64,000 bases of DNA from an uncultured Fidelibacterota bacterium (GTDB lineage Bacteria > Fidelibacterota > Marinisomatia > Marinisomatales > UBA1611). Both the position numbers and the translations under genes were made by a program. Location of the stretch: NCBI GenBank assembly GCA_913040915.1, contig CAJWHW010000001.1, forward strand, positions 32,001 to 96,000, in the 5' to 3' direction. The notes below the pieces were generated by a model, which made no database searches, was not told the DNA's origin, and worked only from the letters and a program-made list of their open reading frames with translations. Every line of letters starts with the position of its first letter. The first letter of the stretch is position 1. Positions 20,741 through 30,841 of this stretch are shown here, one piece after another.

Positions 20741-21427
20741 GTGACTGCCTTGAGAGTCTCAGCTATTATACCTGCTGCAGGTTTGGGCCAGCGGTTCGGT
20801 GAAAAAAAACAATTTAAATTATTAGCCGGGAGGCCTCTTTTATTTCATACGCTTATACCTTTTTTTCATACTGAAAAAATACGGGAAATCATTCTTGTAC
20901 TCCCTGATAATGAACTGGACAAAATACGTCGCGATGTGATTTCAATATCTGGAGGTAAACCAGTCCAATTTGTCACGGGTGGTCAAAGGCGGCAGGATTC
21001 TGTTAAAAATGGGTTGCAAGCTGCAAGCGCAAACTCTGACTTTGTTTGTATTCATGATGCAGCGCGCCCATTTGTTACTAAAAAGTTAATTTGTGATTCG
21101 ATAAATGCCTGTAAAAATGTCGATGGTGCAGTTATTGCTTTGCCCTCAAAAGATACAGTTAAGTTTTCTGAAGATGGCATGGTAGAAAAAACTATCGACC
21201 GTGAAAAAGTTTGGCTTGCACAAACCCCACAAACCTTTAATAAAGAGAAACTACTCAAGGCTTTGAAAAATGCTGATTTATTGAATATCAATGGAACCGA
21301 TGAATCTGTACTTATGGAGTTTATGGGATATTCAATCAGACTGGCAGTTGGTCATACAAATAATTTTAAGGTAACTACATTTGAAGATTGGCAACGCGCA
21401 GAATCCCTTGTTATTCAAAAAAACTGA
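20741..21427 (+). CDS. ispD: 2-C-methyl-D-erythritol 4-phosphate cytidylyltransferase
   Basis: PAAGLGQRF..KKQF, RQDSV.NG, IHDAARPFV, AQTPQ, TDE, NFKVTT.ED. Confidence 0.95.
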   Translation: MTALRVSAIIPAAGLGQRFGEKKQFKLLAGRPLLFHTLIPFFHTEKIREIILVLPDNELDKIRRDVISISGGKPVQFVTGGQRRQDSVKNGLQAASANSDFVCIHDAARPFVTKKLICDSINACKNVDGAVIALPSKDTVKFSEDGMVEKTIDREKVWLAQTPQTFNKEKLLKALKNADLLNINGTDESVLMEFMGYSIRLAVGHTNNFKVTTFEDWQRAESLVIQKN

Positions 21428-21439
21428 GGATAAATCATT

Positions 21440-21934
21440 ATGATAAGAAGCGGCATTGGATATGATGTTCATCAATTGGCAAAAGGTGAAAAGCTCATCA
21501 TTGGTGGTGTAGAAATCCCAACACCTTATGGCTCGGTCGGGCATTCTGATGGCGATGGGCTCATTCATGCAATTGTTGATGCATTATTAGGTGCTACAGG
21601 ATTAGGGGACATTGGACAATTTTTCCCAAGTGATGATCAAAAATGGAACAATATTCCTAGCAGCCACTTTCTAGCTGATACAGTTAATAGAGTTCGAAAA
21701 GAGGGATTTGAAATAAATAATATAGATGCAACTATCATTCTACAGCAGCCCAAGGTTTCAGATTTCATTCCGGAAATGAGATACAATTTAGCATTTTCTA
21801 TGGAGCTTGATGAATCTCAAGTGTCTATAAAAGCCACAACAACAGATCATTTAGGTTTCGTGGGTGATTGTTTTGGCTGGGCAGTGCAAGCAATAGCGAC
21901 ACTCTATTTAAAAAATGGACATAATAAATCTTAA
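21440..21934 (+). CDS. ispF: 2-C-methyl-D-erythritol 2,4-cyclodiphosphate synthase
   Basis: GIGYDVH, GHSDGD..IHAIVDALLGA.GLGDIG, SIKATT. Confidence 0.96.
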   Translation: MIRSGIGYDVHQLAKGEKLIIGGVEIPTPYGSVGHSDGDGLIHAIVDALLGATGLGDIGQFFPSDDQKWNNIPSSHFLADTVNRVRKEGFEINNIDATIILQQPKVSDFIPEMRYNLAFSMELDESQVSIKATTTDHLGFVGDCFGWAVQAIATLYLKNGHNKS

Positions 21935-22754
21935 ATCGTTTGCAAAGGTTAATATAGGTCTTCGGATTCTAGAAAAGCGACCAGATGGGTACCATAATAT
22001 TCATACTCTTTTCCAGGAGTTGGATTTTCATGATTCAATTACGCTAGAAAAACGAGACTCAGGTATTGAATTTCTTTCAAATGTTGGATGGTTAAAAAAC
22101 GATTCATCTAATCTTTGTGTAAAAGCGTGGCAAACTTTGGTAGATGCTTTTGGCATTCCAGGCGTTTCGATTCAACTGCATAAACGTATCCCCGCTGGCA
22201 GTGGTTTGGGAGGTGGCTCTTCTAATGCAGCAACTGTTTTAAAAGGTCTGAAGCAGCTTTATGAATTAGATATCAGCAATAATGAATTAGAAAAATTAGG
22301 CAAGGTTTTGGGGGCGGATGTGCCATTCTTTATTCGGGGAGGCTTACAGCTTGGCGATGGTATTGGTGATAAACTAACCCCTTTGTGTAAAGCAGTTCGT
22401 GGAAATTATTTATTAGTTATGCCAGAGTTTTATATCGATACAAAATTGGCTTATTCAAATAGTAAAAAAATTTTGGATGAATCGAGAGAGAATATTAATT
22501 TTTCAAGCTTTATTCGAAATAATAATATTTCTTTCGAGCTTTTTGAGAATGATTTTGAAGCAATTGCTGTTCCAGCATATCCAGAGATTGGACAAATTAA
22601 AGAAACGCTCCGGGCACATGGCGCCCGGTTTGCCAGTCTGTCGGGCTCAGGTTCGACTGTGTTCGGGATATTTGATGAAGACGCTGATTTAAAACCAGTT
22701 GAGTTAGATTTTTCCACCCGTTATACAACTTTTATCTCCCGTCCAAATTTCTAA
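21915..22754 (+). CDS. ispE: 4-diphosphocytidyl-2-C-methyl-D-erythritol kinase
   Basis: AKVNIGL...KRPDGYH, KRIPAGSGLGGGSSNAA, GADVPFF, NDFE, SGSGSTVF. Confidence 0.96.
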   Translation: MDIINLKSFAKVNIGLRILEKRPDGYHNIHTLFQELDFHDSITLEKRDSGIEFLSNVGWLKNDSSNLCVKAWQTLVDAFGIPGVSIQLHKRIPAGSGLGGGSSNAATVLKGLKQLYELDISNNELEKLGKVLGADVPFFIRGGLQLGDGIGDKLTPLCKAVRGNYLLVMPEFYIDTKLAYSNSKKILDESRENINFSSFIRNNNISFELFENDFEAIAVPAYPEIGQIKETLRAHGARFASLSGSGSTVFGIFDEDADLKPVELDFSTRYTTFISRPNF

Positions 22755-22776
22755 GCTGTAGCTTACCCAAAATTTA

Positions 22777-22847
22777 TGGGGCGTCGTCTAATGGTAGGAC
22801 ACCGGGTTTTGGTCCCGGCAGTTGGGGTTCGAGTCCCTACGCCCCAG
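22777..22847 (+). tRNA. tRNA-Gln (TTG); CCA not encoded
   Basis: Acceptor stem TGGGGCG/CGCCCCA, anticodon arm CCGGG-TTTTGGT-CCCGG, T arm with GTTCGAGTCC; canonical ispE-tRNA(Gln)-prs position. Confidence 0.96.
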
Positions 22848-22872
22848 CTCTGATTCATTCATTAATACTAGT

Positions 22873-23817
22873 ATGGTAAACAGACTAAAAATATTCAGTG
22901 GCCGTAGCAATTTGCCTTTGGGCCAAAAGATCGCACACTCGCTAGGGCGAGAACTAGGGGAAATCTCCATTCAAACCTTCAGCGATGGTGAATTATGGGT
23001 CAAATTTGAAGAAAACATCCGAGGTCATGATGTTTTTCTTATTCAATCTACCAATGGTCCATCAGAAAATATTGTTGAGCTTGCATTAATGGTCGATGCA
23101 GCTGTTCGTGCATCAGCCGATCGCGTCACAGTTGTCATGCCTTATTTTGGATATGGTAGACAGGATCGCAAAGATCAGCCGCGTGTGCCTATTTCTTCTA
23201 GAGTTATGATTGATATATTTACTGCTATGGGAGCTGACAGAATTATTACTATGGATTTACATACAACTCAAATTCAAGGCTTTGCAAAGATCCCATTTGA
23301 TAATTTATATAGCCGAACTGTCCTATTTGAGACAATTAAATCTCAGGGTTTTGACCCTGAAACCAGTGTTGTATTAGCTCCCGATATAGGATCAGCGAAA
23401 ATGAGCCAAAGTTATGCAAAGCATATGAGTATGCATTTTGCGTTGATTGATAAGCGTAGATATGCGCCAAATAAAGCTGAAGTAAATCATTTGATTGGCG
23501 ATTTAGAAAATATGGATGTTTTAATTATTGATGATATGATTGATACAGCTGGAACGATAGTTAATGCAGCTCAAGCAGCACTGGATAAAGGAGCTAAATC
23601 TGTGACAGCTGTAGCGACACATGGTGTTTTGTCAGGACAGGCCATAGGCAAATTAAATGAATCAAAAATAAAAAAAATTATACTTACTGACACAATAGAT
23701 ATTTCACCACACAAGATATTGGATAAAATGGAAATTGTTTCTGTGGCCGGCGTCTTTGGGGAAGCTGTTAACCGGATTCATAACGGAGAATCTGTAAGTG
23801 CTCTATTCGAATTTTAA
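22873..23817 (+). CDS. prs: Ribose-phosphate pyrophosphokinase
   Basis: FSDGE, PYFGYGRQDRK, MDLH..QIQGF, APDIG, IIDDMIDTAGT. Start moved to ATG 22873, downstream of the tRNA. Confidence 0.97.
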   Translation: MVNRLKIFSGRSNLPLGQKIAHSLGRELGEISIQTFSDGELWVKFEENIRGHDVFLIQSTNGPSENIVELALMVDAAVRASADRVTVVMPYFGYGRQDRKDQPRVPISSRVMIDIFTAMGADRIITMDLHTTQIQGFAKIPFDNLYSRTVLFETIKSQGFDPETSVVLAPDIGSAKMSQSYAKHMSMHFALIDKRRYAPNKAEVNHLIGDLENMDVLIIDDMIDTAGTIVNAAQAALDKGAKSVTAVATHGVLSGQAIGKLNESKIKKIILTDTIDISPHKILDKMEIVSVAGVFGEAVNRIHNGESVSALFEF

Positions 23818-23831
23818 AAAGGAGAAAAACG

Positions 23832-24509
23832 ATGGCATCATCGTATTATAAATTAGATATTCAAGACAGAGTTCTAACCAGAACTAAAGGATCAAAAGCT
23901 TTACGCGGTCAAGGGTTAATTCCCGGGGTTCTTTATTATGGAGGTGAAAACAATGTCAATTTTTCTGTAAAGAAAACCGTTTTATTTCATGCCCTCCAAT
24001 CTGGTCAGCGTATTTTTGAAATTGAACAGGATGGTGAAATGCAATACACTATGATAAAGGAGCTCCAGTATCATCCTGTAACAGATGATGTAATTCACAT
24101 TGATTTGATGCGTGTCCGCCGTTCAGAAAAATTGACAATTGCTGTACCGCTTGTTTTAGTTGGTGAGTCAATTGGTGTAAAGGAGGGCGGAGTCCTGTCG
24201 CAGGCTATGAACCAAATTGAGATCAGCTGTTTTCCGACAGACGTACCAGAACAGATTGAATTAGATATTAATGATTTGGAAATGAATTCAGCAAAAAACG
24301 TATCTGATGTTGTCATAGATAACGAAGATATAGATATTGTTTCAGGCAAAGATTTGAATATTGTTTCTGTCCATCCTCCTGTAGCTGATGAAGAACCTGT
24401 GGTTGAAGAACTGGAAGGAGAGGATGCTGAAGAATCAGTTGAAGGAGATGCGCCACCCTCTGAAGAAGATGGCACAGAAGAATCAGGGGATGATTCGGAA
24501 GGTCCATGA
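23832..24509 (+). CDS. rplY: 50S ribosomal protein L25/Ctc (long form) with acidic tail
   Basis: LR..G.IPGVLY, KELQYHPV....HIDL, GVKEGGVL; strong AAGGAG RBS. Confidence 0.95.
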   Translation: MASSYYKLDIQDRVLTRTKGSKALRGQGLIPGVLYYGGENNVNFSVKKTVLFHALQSGQRIFEIEQDGEMQYTMIKELQYHPVTDDVIHIDLMRVRRSEKLTIAVPLVLVGESIGVKEGGVLSQAMNQIEISCFPTDVPEQIELDINDLEMNSAKNVSDVVIDNEDIDIVSGKDLNIVSVHPPVADEEPVVEELEGEDAEESVEGDAPPSEEDGTEESGDDSEGP

Positions 24510-25060
24510 TTGCTTTCATTGGTTTAGGGAATCCTGGTGAGAAGTATGCAAATACAAAACATAATGTAGGTTTTTGGGTGGTTGATGAATTTGCAAGAAG
24601 GCAAAAACTTCTATTTAAACCTGGGAATGGTGAATATGTATTTACTCAATACCAACGCCGTGACTTATTATTAGTAAAGCCAACCACAGGAATGAATAGA
24701 AGCGGAAACGCCGTGAAAGAATTAGTAAATAAATGGAAGTTATTACCAGCAGACATTTATCCCGTTGTGGATGATGTTGATTTGCCTTTAGGGACCATTC
24801 GAATCCGACCAAAAGGAGGTGATGGATGCCATCGCGGTATGGAAAATATTATTTACCAGCTTCAATCGGATCAATTCCCAAGAGTGCGATTAGGTATTGG
24901 AACGGATGAAAATATGCGCCCTGCAGAAAAATACGTACTAAAACCTTTCAAAGTATATCATGAGTCAGATGCTGCATCCATGGTAAATCGTGGTGCAGAT
25001 GCTTTAGAAAATATTTTGGTGATGGGCTTAAACCACACTATGAACTATTTTAATTCTTAA
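24506..25060 (+). CDS. pth: Peptidyl-tRNA hydrolase
   Basis: GLGNPG.KY..TKHNVGF, KP.T.MN.SG, DD.DLP.G.IR, RVRLGIG. Confidence 0.95.
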   Translation: MIAFIGLGNPGEKYANTKHNVGFWVVDEFARRQKLLFKPGNGEYVFTQYQRRDLLLVKPTTGMNRSGNAVKELVNKWKLLPADIYPVVDDVDLPLGTIRIRPKGGDGCHRGMENIIYQLQSDQFPRVRLGIGTDENMRPAEKYVLKPFKVYHESDAASMVNRGADALENILVMGLNHTMNYFNS

Positions 25061-25079
25061 TTCAGGAGAAAACTAACCC

Positions 25080-27224
25080 ATGAATTCGAATTTGTTTTTT
25101 GTAATAGGGGCTTCTGGGATTGCGTTGGCTTTTGCATTTTGGAAGACCAGTTGGATCAATGCTCAGGATGAAGGCACAGATCGTATGAAAATAATCGGTA
25201 AAAGTATTGCTGATGGTGCGATGGCTTTTTTGAAAGCAGAATATAGAGTTCTTGCAATATTTGTATTATTTGTTGCTGTATTGCTTGGTCTTGTAAATAA
25301 TGGTAGAGATGATTCAAGTTCATTGATTTCTTTATCATTCATTATGGGTGCCGTTGCATCTGGGCTAGCTGGATTCCTTGGAATGAAAGTCGCGACAAAA
25401 GCAAATAACCGGACAACACATGCGGCCCGTACTGGAATATCTAAGGCATTAAATGTTGCATTTAGTGGCGGTTCGGTCATGGGACTCAGCGTAGTTGGGC
25501 TTGGTGTAATGGGGCTCGGAGTCCTGTTTATGTACTACACATATATTTTTGGTACAGATAAAGCCAGTATTAGCACCGTATTAAATGTTATTTCTGGGTT
25601 TTCTCTGGGGGCGTCATCAATTGCTTTATTTGCCCGTGTTGGTGGAGGTATCTATACCAAAGCAGCAGATGTTGGTGCTGATCTTGTCGGGAAAGTAGAA
25701 GCAGGAATACCAGAAGATCATCCACTAAACCCCGCAACAATTGCAGATAATGTTGGTGATAATGTGGGAGATGTTGCTGGAATGGGTGCTGATTTATTTG
25801 AGTCATATGTTGGCTCCATCGTAGGTTCGATGGTATTAGGCTCGAGTATTCTTGTAATAGGGAATTTTGATCTTAACTTTGTCTTGTTACCACTTTTTAT
25901 TGCAGGAGTAGGAATAATTGTATCAATTCTTGGAACATTTATGGTTTCTGTTAAAGAGGGCGGAGATCCACAAAAAGCTCTAAATATGGGTGAATTTGGT
26001 TCTGCTGGGATTATGATGGTGGCTATTTACTTTTTGATTCAAGAATTTCTTCCTGAGTTTTTTATGCAAGGTGGTGTTTCCTACAGTAGTATAGGAGTTT
26101 TTTATGCAACTGCAACTGGACTTTTAGCTGGACTTGGAATTGGTATGGTTACAGAGTATTACACCGGCACCGGAACATCTCCTGTTAAATCCATTACTGA
26201 ACAATCTATAACCGGTCCTGCTACAAATATTATTGCTGGATTAGGTGTTGGTATGCAATCTACAGCTATGCCGGTTTTGATCATTGCCTTAGGAATTGTA
26301 GCAGCTTATCATTTTGCTGGATTATATGGGATAGCTATGGCAGCTTTAGGCATGCTAGCCAACACGGGAATTCAGTTAGCTGTGGATGCTTATGGTCCAA
26401 TCTCTGATAATGCTGGGGGTATTGCAGAGATGGCTGCATTACCAAAAGAAGTTCGTGAACGCACTGATAAATTGGATGCAGTTGGGAATACTACTGCTGC
26501 AATCGGTAAAGGTTTTGCAATCGGATCAGCAGCATTAACTGCTTTGGCATTATTTGCAGCATTTATGGTTCAAAGCGGAATTGATAGTATTGATATTTCA
26601 AATCCAACTGTTATGGCAGGTTTATTTGTGGGGGGAATGCTTCCCTTCTTATTTTCATCTCTTGCAATGGGGGCAGTTGGCCGTGCAGCAAGGGCCATGA
26701 TTGAAGAAGTGCGTCGCCAATTCAGAGAAATTCCTGAATTGCAAAAAGCTCTTGAGTTGATGAGTTTAAAAGAAGAAAAAGACTGGAACGATGATGACCG
26801 TCAAATATATGAAGATGCTCTTGGAAAAGCTGAGCATGAGCGTTGTGTAGAAATTTCTACACAATCCGCTATTAAAGAAATGGTAACACCTGGATTATTA
26901 GCAGTAATCACTCCTGTTTTTGTTGGTTTTGTTTTTGAAGCCGAAACACTGGGTGGATTACTCGCCGGTGTAACTGTATCGGGTGTTTTGATGGCCATTT
27001 TTCAATCAAATGCAGGTGGAGCATGGGATAATGCGAAGAAAATGATTGAAGAAGGTGTTATAGTTGGCACAGAAAATCTAATTAAGGGTTCTGAAGCTCA
27101 CAAAGCTGCAGTTGTTGGTGATACAGTTGGTGACCCTTTCAAAGATACATCTGGTCCTTCATTAAATATTTTAATTAAACTGATGTCAGTAGTCTCACTG
27201 GTCATCGCGCCGCTGATTGCGTAA
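25080..27224 (+). CDS. hppA: Membrane-bound ion-translocating pyrophosphatase, K+-dependent, probably Na+-pumping
   Basis: [39 protein letters not shown] (Ala, K+-dependent type), [20 protein letters not shown]. Confidence 0.95.
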   Translation: MNSNLFFVIGASGIALAFAFWKTSWINAQDEGTDRMKIIGKSIADGAMAFLKAEYRVLAIFVLFVAVLLGLVNNGRDDSSSLISLSFIMGAVASGLAGFLGMKVATKANNRTTHAARTGISKALNVAFSGGSVMGLSVVGLGVMGLGVLFMYYTYIFGTDKASISTVLNVISGFSLGASSIALFARVGGGIYTKAADVGADLVGKVEAGIPEDHPLNPATIADNVGDNVGDVAGMGADLFESYVGSIVGSMVLGSSILVIGNFDLNFVLLPLFIAGVGIIVSILGTFMVSVKEGGDPQKALNMGEFGSAGIMMVAIYFLIQEFLPEFFMQGGVSYSSIGVFYATATGLLAGLGIGMVTEYYTGTGTSPVKSITEQSITGPATNIIAGLGVGMQSTAMPVLIIALGIVAAYHFAGLYGIAMAALGMLANTGIQLAVDAYGPISDNAGGIAEMAALPKEVRERTDKLDAVGNTTAAIGKGFAIGSAALTALALFAAFMVQSGIDSIDISNPTVMAGLFVGGMLPFLFSSLAMGAVGRAARAMIEEVRRQFREIPELQKALELMSLKEEKDWNDDDRQIYEDALGKAEHERCVEISTQSAIKEMVTPGLLAVITPVFVGFVFEAETLGGLLAGVTVSGVLMAIFQSNAGGAWDNAKKMIEEGVIVGTENLIKGSEAHKAAVVGDTVGDPFKDTSGPSLNILIKLMSVVSLVIAPLIA

Positions 27225-27239
27225 AAATAAGGAGGCATT

Positions 27240-27800
27240 ATGCGGTATTACGAAATACTATATATAGTCAATCCCAACTTGGAAGATAACGCTCTATCAA
27301 ATACGATGGGTGAGATTGGATCTGAGTTGGAAAAAACTAAATCCAAATTGATAAACCATCGTGTATGGGGTAAAAAACGATTAGCATACCCCATTCAAAA
27401 ACAAAAATATGGTTCATATATTCTTCTGCAATTTGAAGGCGGGGAACAAAATCAAATGGCTGATTTTGATACTTGGATGAAATTAAACAATGCTGTATTG
27501 CGACATATGACAGTTTCTTTAGATGAAAAACCGGAAAGATATGTTGAAGAAAGGAAAGATGAACAATTGAAAGAAGATGGTAAAGCAGAAGGAGCTAAAG
27601 ATGCCAGTTTATCTGTTGCATCGGACATATTATCGCCTGTATCTGAAGATTCTGAAGTAGAGGTGTCTGCAGGAAAAATAGATGAAGGTGAATCGATTGA
27701 AGGACCAATAGAAGAAGAATCCTTAGAAAAAAATGCTGAAGAAGATGCCAAAGGCACATTAGAAGAAAATAAAATAAATGAAGAAAAGGAGGGTAAATAA
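27240..27800 (+). CDS. rpsF: 30S ribosomal protein S6 with long acidic C-terminal extension
   Basis: [19 protein letters not shown]...G.Y, VLRHM; AAGGAGG RBS. Confidence 0.95.
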   Translation: MRYYEILYIVNPNLEDNALSNTMGEIGSELEKTKSKLINHRVWGKKRLAYPIQKQKYGSYILLQFEGGEQNQMADFDTWMKLNNAVLRHMTVSLDEKPERYVEERKDEQLKEDGKAEGAKDASLSVASDILSPVSEDSEVEVSAGKIDEGESIEGPIEEESLEKNAEEDAKGTLEENKINEEKEGK

Positions 27801-28027
27801 TGGCTTTCCAAAATCGAAAGAAGTACTGTTATTTTAAAGAAAATGGTATCACTATTATTGATTATAAAGATGTGAAACTCCTACGCAGGTTTGTTAATAA
27901 CCAGGGTAAAATCATGCCCCGGCGCATCACAGGTACAAGTTCTAAAATGCACCGCAAGTTAGTGAGGGCCATCAAAAGAGCCCGTTCTATTGCTTTAATG
28001 CCGTATGTTGAAAGTGGCACAGAATAA
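27800..28027 (+). CDS. rpsR: 30S ribosomal protein S18
   Basis: IDYKD..LL..FV..QGKI.PRRITG, AIKRAR..AL.PY. Confidence 0.97.
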   Translation: MAFQNRKKYCYFKENGITIIDYKDVKLLRRFVNNQGKIMPRRITGTSSKMHRKLVRAIKRARSIALMPYVESGTE

Positions 28028-28037
28028 GGAAAGGATC

Positions 28038-28481
28038 ATGGATATTATTTTATTAAAGGATGTAGATGGACTTGGTGAAGCAGGTGATATTGTAACGGTC
28101 AAGCCGGGTTATGCCCGAAACAAACTAGTTCCAGAAGGGCTGGCGCTTCGAGCATCTAAAAGAAATTTAGCAGTCGCTAAAGAACGTAAGCAAATTGCAA
28201 AAACCCGTGAGGCCCGGGAAACTGCATCACATCAAGCTTTAATCAAAAAATTGTCAAAAACTGAGATTACAATTGAAGCTCAAGTCGGAGAGGAGGAAAA
28301 GATGTTTGGGTCTGTGACTACGATGGATATTCACAAAGCATTGGAAGAAAAAGGCATTGCTGTAGACCGACATGCCATTTTACTGGAAGAGCCAATTAAA
28401 GCACTTGGTATCTACCATGTATCTGTTCGAGTGGGACCTACACTTAATGGTGATGTGAAGATTTATGTGATAAAAGCATAA
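28038..28481 (+). CDS. rplI: 50S ribosomal protein L9
   Basis: MDIILLKDV.GLG..GDIV.VKPGYARN.L.P, KMFGSVT..DI, PIK.LG.Y. Start moved to ATG 28038. Confidence 0.97.
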   Translation: MDIILLKDVDGLGEAGDIVTVKPGYARNKLVPEGLALRASKRNLAVAKERKQIAKTREARETASHQALIKKLSKTEITIEAQVGEEEKMFGSVTTMDIHKALEEKGIAVDRHAILLEEPIKALGIYHVSVRVGPTLNGDVKIYVIKA

Positions 28482-28500
28482 CTTATAAACCTATAATACT

Positions 28501-28548
28501 CCTCCCCTGTAACTTGATACATAAAAATATCAGGATCGGGGGTTTTTT
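28501..28548 (+). terminator. Probable intrinsic terminator after rplI
   Basis: Imperfect stem CTCCCC...CTTGATA-loop-TATCAGG...GGGGG followed by T6. Confidence 0.45.
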
Positions 28549-28549
28549 A

Positions 28550-28578
28550 TTGCCCTTAGAAATCCAGAACTATAAACT
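28550..28578 (+). promoter_or_regulatory. Putative sigma70 promoter for priA (near-leaderless)
   Basis: TTGCCC-N17-TAAACT, 8 nt before ATG 28587; no SD. Confidence 0.45.
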
Positions 28579-28586
28579 CGCTGGTT

Positions 28587-30824
28587 ATGTTTGTAGATGT
28601 TGCCTTTCCTATCTCCGGTTTTCAAACCTTTACGTATAAAGTCCCGGTTAATCTGGTCAAACATATTCAAATTGGATCTAGGGTTAGGGTTCAGTTTGGT
28701 GCTCAAAAAACAAATGGGATTATTACAGGAATAAAACAAAAAACGTCTTATTTCGGAAAAGTAAGAGAAATTAGCGCATTGGTAGATGATGTAAAAATCA
28801 TGACACCGGAACTTTGGAAATTGATTCAATGGATGAGCCATTATTATATGACATCTGTTGGGCAAGTCGCCAAAGCAGTACTACCCAAAAATTTATCAAC
28901 TCGTTACAACCCGCCTAAAAACTGGATGGTAGAACCAAACCCTATCTTTGCTGATGAAGATTTAAAAAAAACTAAACGCCGTGCTCCTAAGCAATATGAA
29001 ATTTTTCAGAAAATTTTGACTGCTGATCATCCACTAAAGGTTTCGTCTTTGAAAAATAATTCTTCCAGTGTATTAGCAAGTTGTAGAGGCTTGGAAAGAC
29101 GAGGGCTTGTAAAACTCTTTGAAGAAACATCCTTGCCGGATGTAACTGGTTTTACTTTTGACCCTATTTATAAAAAAGTTGATTTTAATGACCATCAACA
29201 GGAAGCGGTGAGTCAAATAACTTTGGCAATGGATTCAAATATATATACACCCTTTTTATTACATGGTGTAACAAGTAGTGGTAAGACTGAAATATATATA
29301 GAATCCGTTCGCCATTGCCTGGATCAAAATCGTACGGCAATCATTTTGCTTCCTGAAATTTCTCTCACTCCGCAAATTGCGGGAAGATTTAGAGCTGTAT
29401 TTGGTGATACCATCGCATTGTGGCACTCTAAACTAACACAGGCTCAAAGATCCTGGACATGGAAGGAAATATGTAAAGGATCATTCCAAGTTGTCATTGG
29501 AGCTAGAAGTGCTGTGTTTGCTCCTTTAAAAAACCTAGGATTAATTGTTGTAGATGAAGAACAAGAATCATCCTTTCGCCAAGATTCACCTGCGCCACGG
29601 TATCATGCCAGAGATGTATCACTTGTAAGAGCTAAATATGAAGCAGCTTGTGTTGTCCTATCAAGTGCCACACCCAGCTTGGAAAGTTATTATAATCATT
29701 TGAATAAAAAATTAACTTATTTACATCTTCCTAAGCGTTATGGTGGTGCTAAATATCCTCAGGTGCATTTAGTCGATATGCTGAATGAAAATGATGAGTC
29801 AGGAAAATTTGGACAAATCTTCTCTGGTTTATTGCAGGATAAGATTGAGGCTCGCCTTCAGAAAAACGAACAAATAATTTTATTACAAAATCGACGGGGA
29901 TATTCTCCAGTGGTTCGATGTTCCGATTGCGGAGAGATAGTCATGTGTCCTCAATGCAAAGTAGCACTCACGTTTCATATCAAAGAATCCCAATTAATAT
30001 GTCATTGTTGTGGCCATTTTGAAACACAACAATGGGAAGTATGTATCAGTTGTCAAAGTCCCAACATTAAATATTCAGGGACTGGCACCCAGCGGGTCGA
30101 AGCAATCCTTAAAGAAATGTTCCCAAAAGCGATAGTGGAAAGATTGGACATGGATACAGCCAGAACTGGGAAGGGCCTTACTAGTATCCTTAAAAAGTTT
30201 TCTAACGGAGAGATCGATATTTTGCTTGGTACCCAAATGATTGCTAAGGGGTTAGATTTTCCCAATGCTACTTTGGTAGGTATTATTAATTCTGATCTTG
30301 GATTACACCTTCCTGACTTTCGTTCAGGGGAGCGAATTTTTCAACTCATTTATCAAGCTGCAGGCAGAGCTGGAAGAAATACGAAATTAGGTGAAGTGGT
30401 GATACAAACATATTCACCGGACAACCCGGTAATAAAAAATGCCGCTCAATTAAATATGAAAAAGTATTATAACATTGCACTCAGAGAAAGAAAAGAATTA
30501 CAATATCCGCCTTTCAGTTGGTTAGCAAAAATAGAAATAATTGGTAAAAATCAATCATCTGTAGAATTATTATCGAAGAGAATCGCTAAAACTCTCAAGG
30601 GGGACTACAAGGGATTAAAAATTCTTGGACCCGTACCTTGTTATTTAGAAAAACTTCGGAACAATTATAGGTATCAAATCGTGTTTAAATCAATTAAAGA
30701 AAAAGATGTTAATGGGAAAAAACTCCATCACTTTATTCAAACAAATTTCATGGATATTCAGAAAAAACTTCGTATTGGACAAAATAGAATCAATATACAT
30801 TTTGATCCATTAAGTTTGATTTGA
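28587..30824 (+). CDS. priA: Primosomal protein N' (replication restart helicase)
   Basis: LLHGVTSSGKTE.Y, PEISLTPQ, GARSA.F.P, DEEQE, SATPSLES, NRRGY, four CxxC, GTQMIAKGLDFP. Confidence 0.97.
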   Translation: MFVDVAFPISGFQTFTYKVPVNLVKHIQIGSRVRVQFGAQKTNGIITGIKQKTSYFGKVREISALVDDVKIMTPELWKLIQWMSHYYMTSVGQVAKAVLPKNLSTRYNPPKNWMVEPNPIFADEDLKKTKRRAPKQYEIFQKILTADHPLKVSSLKNNSSSVLASCRGLERRGLVKLFEETSLPDVTGFTFDPIYKKVDFNDHQQEAVSQITLAMDSNIYTPFLLHGVTSSGKTEIYIESVRHCLDQNRTAIILLPEISLTPQIAGRFRAVFGDTIALWHSKLTQAQRSWTWKEICKGSFQVVIGARSAVFAPLKNLGLIVVDEEQESSFRQDSPAPRYHARDVSLVRAKYEAACVVLSSATPSLESYYNHLNKKLTYLHLPKRYGGAKYPQVHLVDMLNENDESGKFGQIFSGLLQDKIEARLQKNEQIILLQNRRGYSPVVRCSDCGEIVMCPQCKVALTFHIKESQLICHCCGHFETQQWEVCISCQSPNIKYSGTGTQRVEAILKEMFPKAIVERLDMDTARTGKGLTSILKKFSNGEIDILLGTQMIAKGLDFPNATLVGIINSDLGLHLPDFRSGERIFQLIYQAAGRAGRNTKLGEVVIQTYSPDNPVIKNAAQLNMKKYYNIALRERKELQYPPFSWLAKIEIIGKNQSSVELLSKRIAKTLKGDYKGLKILGPVPCYLEKLRNNYRYQIVFKSIKEKDVNGKKLHHFIQTNFMDIQKKLRIGQNRINIHFDPLSLI

Positions 30825-30841
30825 TTAGCTAAGGAATAATA

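Noticed and set aside
22822..22872. Longer prs start in the ORF track
   Set aside because: It begins inside the tRNA-Gln gene; ATG 22873 gives a normal N-terminus.
27800..27803. No ssb/priB between rpsF and rpsR
   Set aside because: The rpsF-rpsR-rplI order without ssb occurs in many lineages; not novel.
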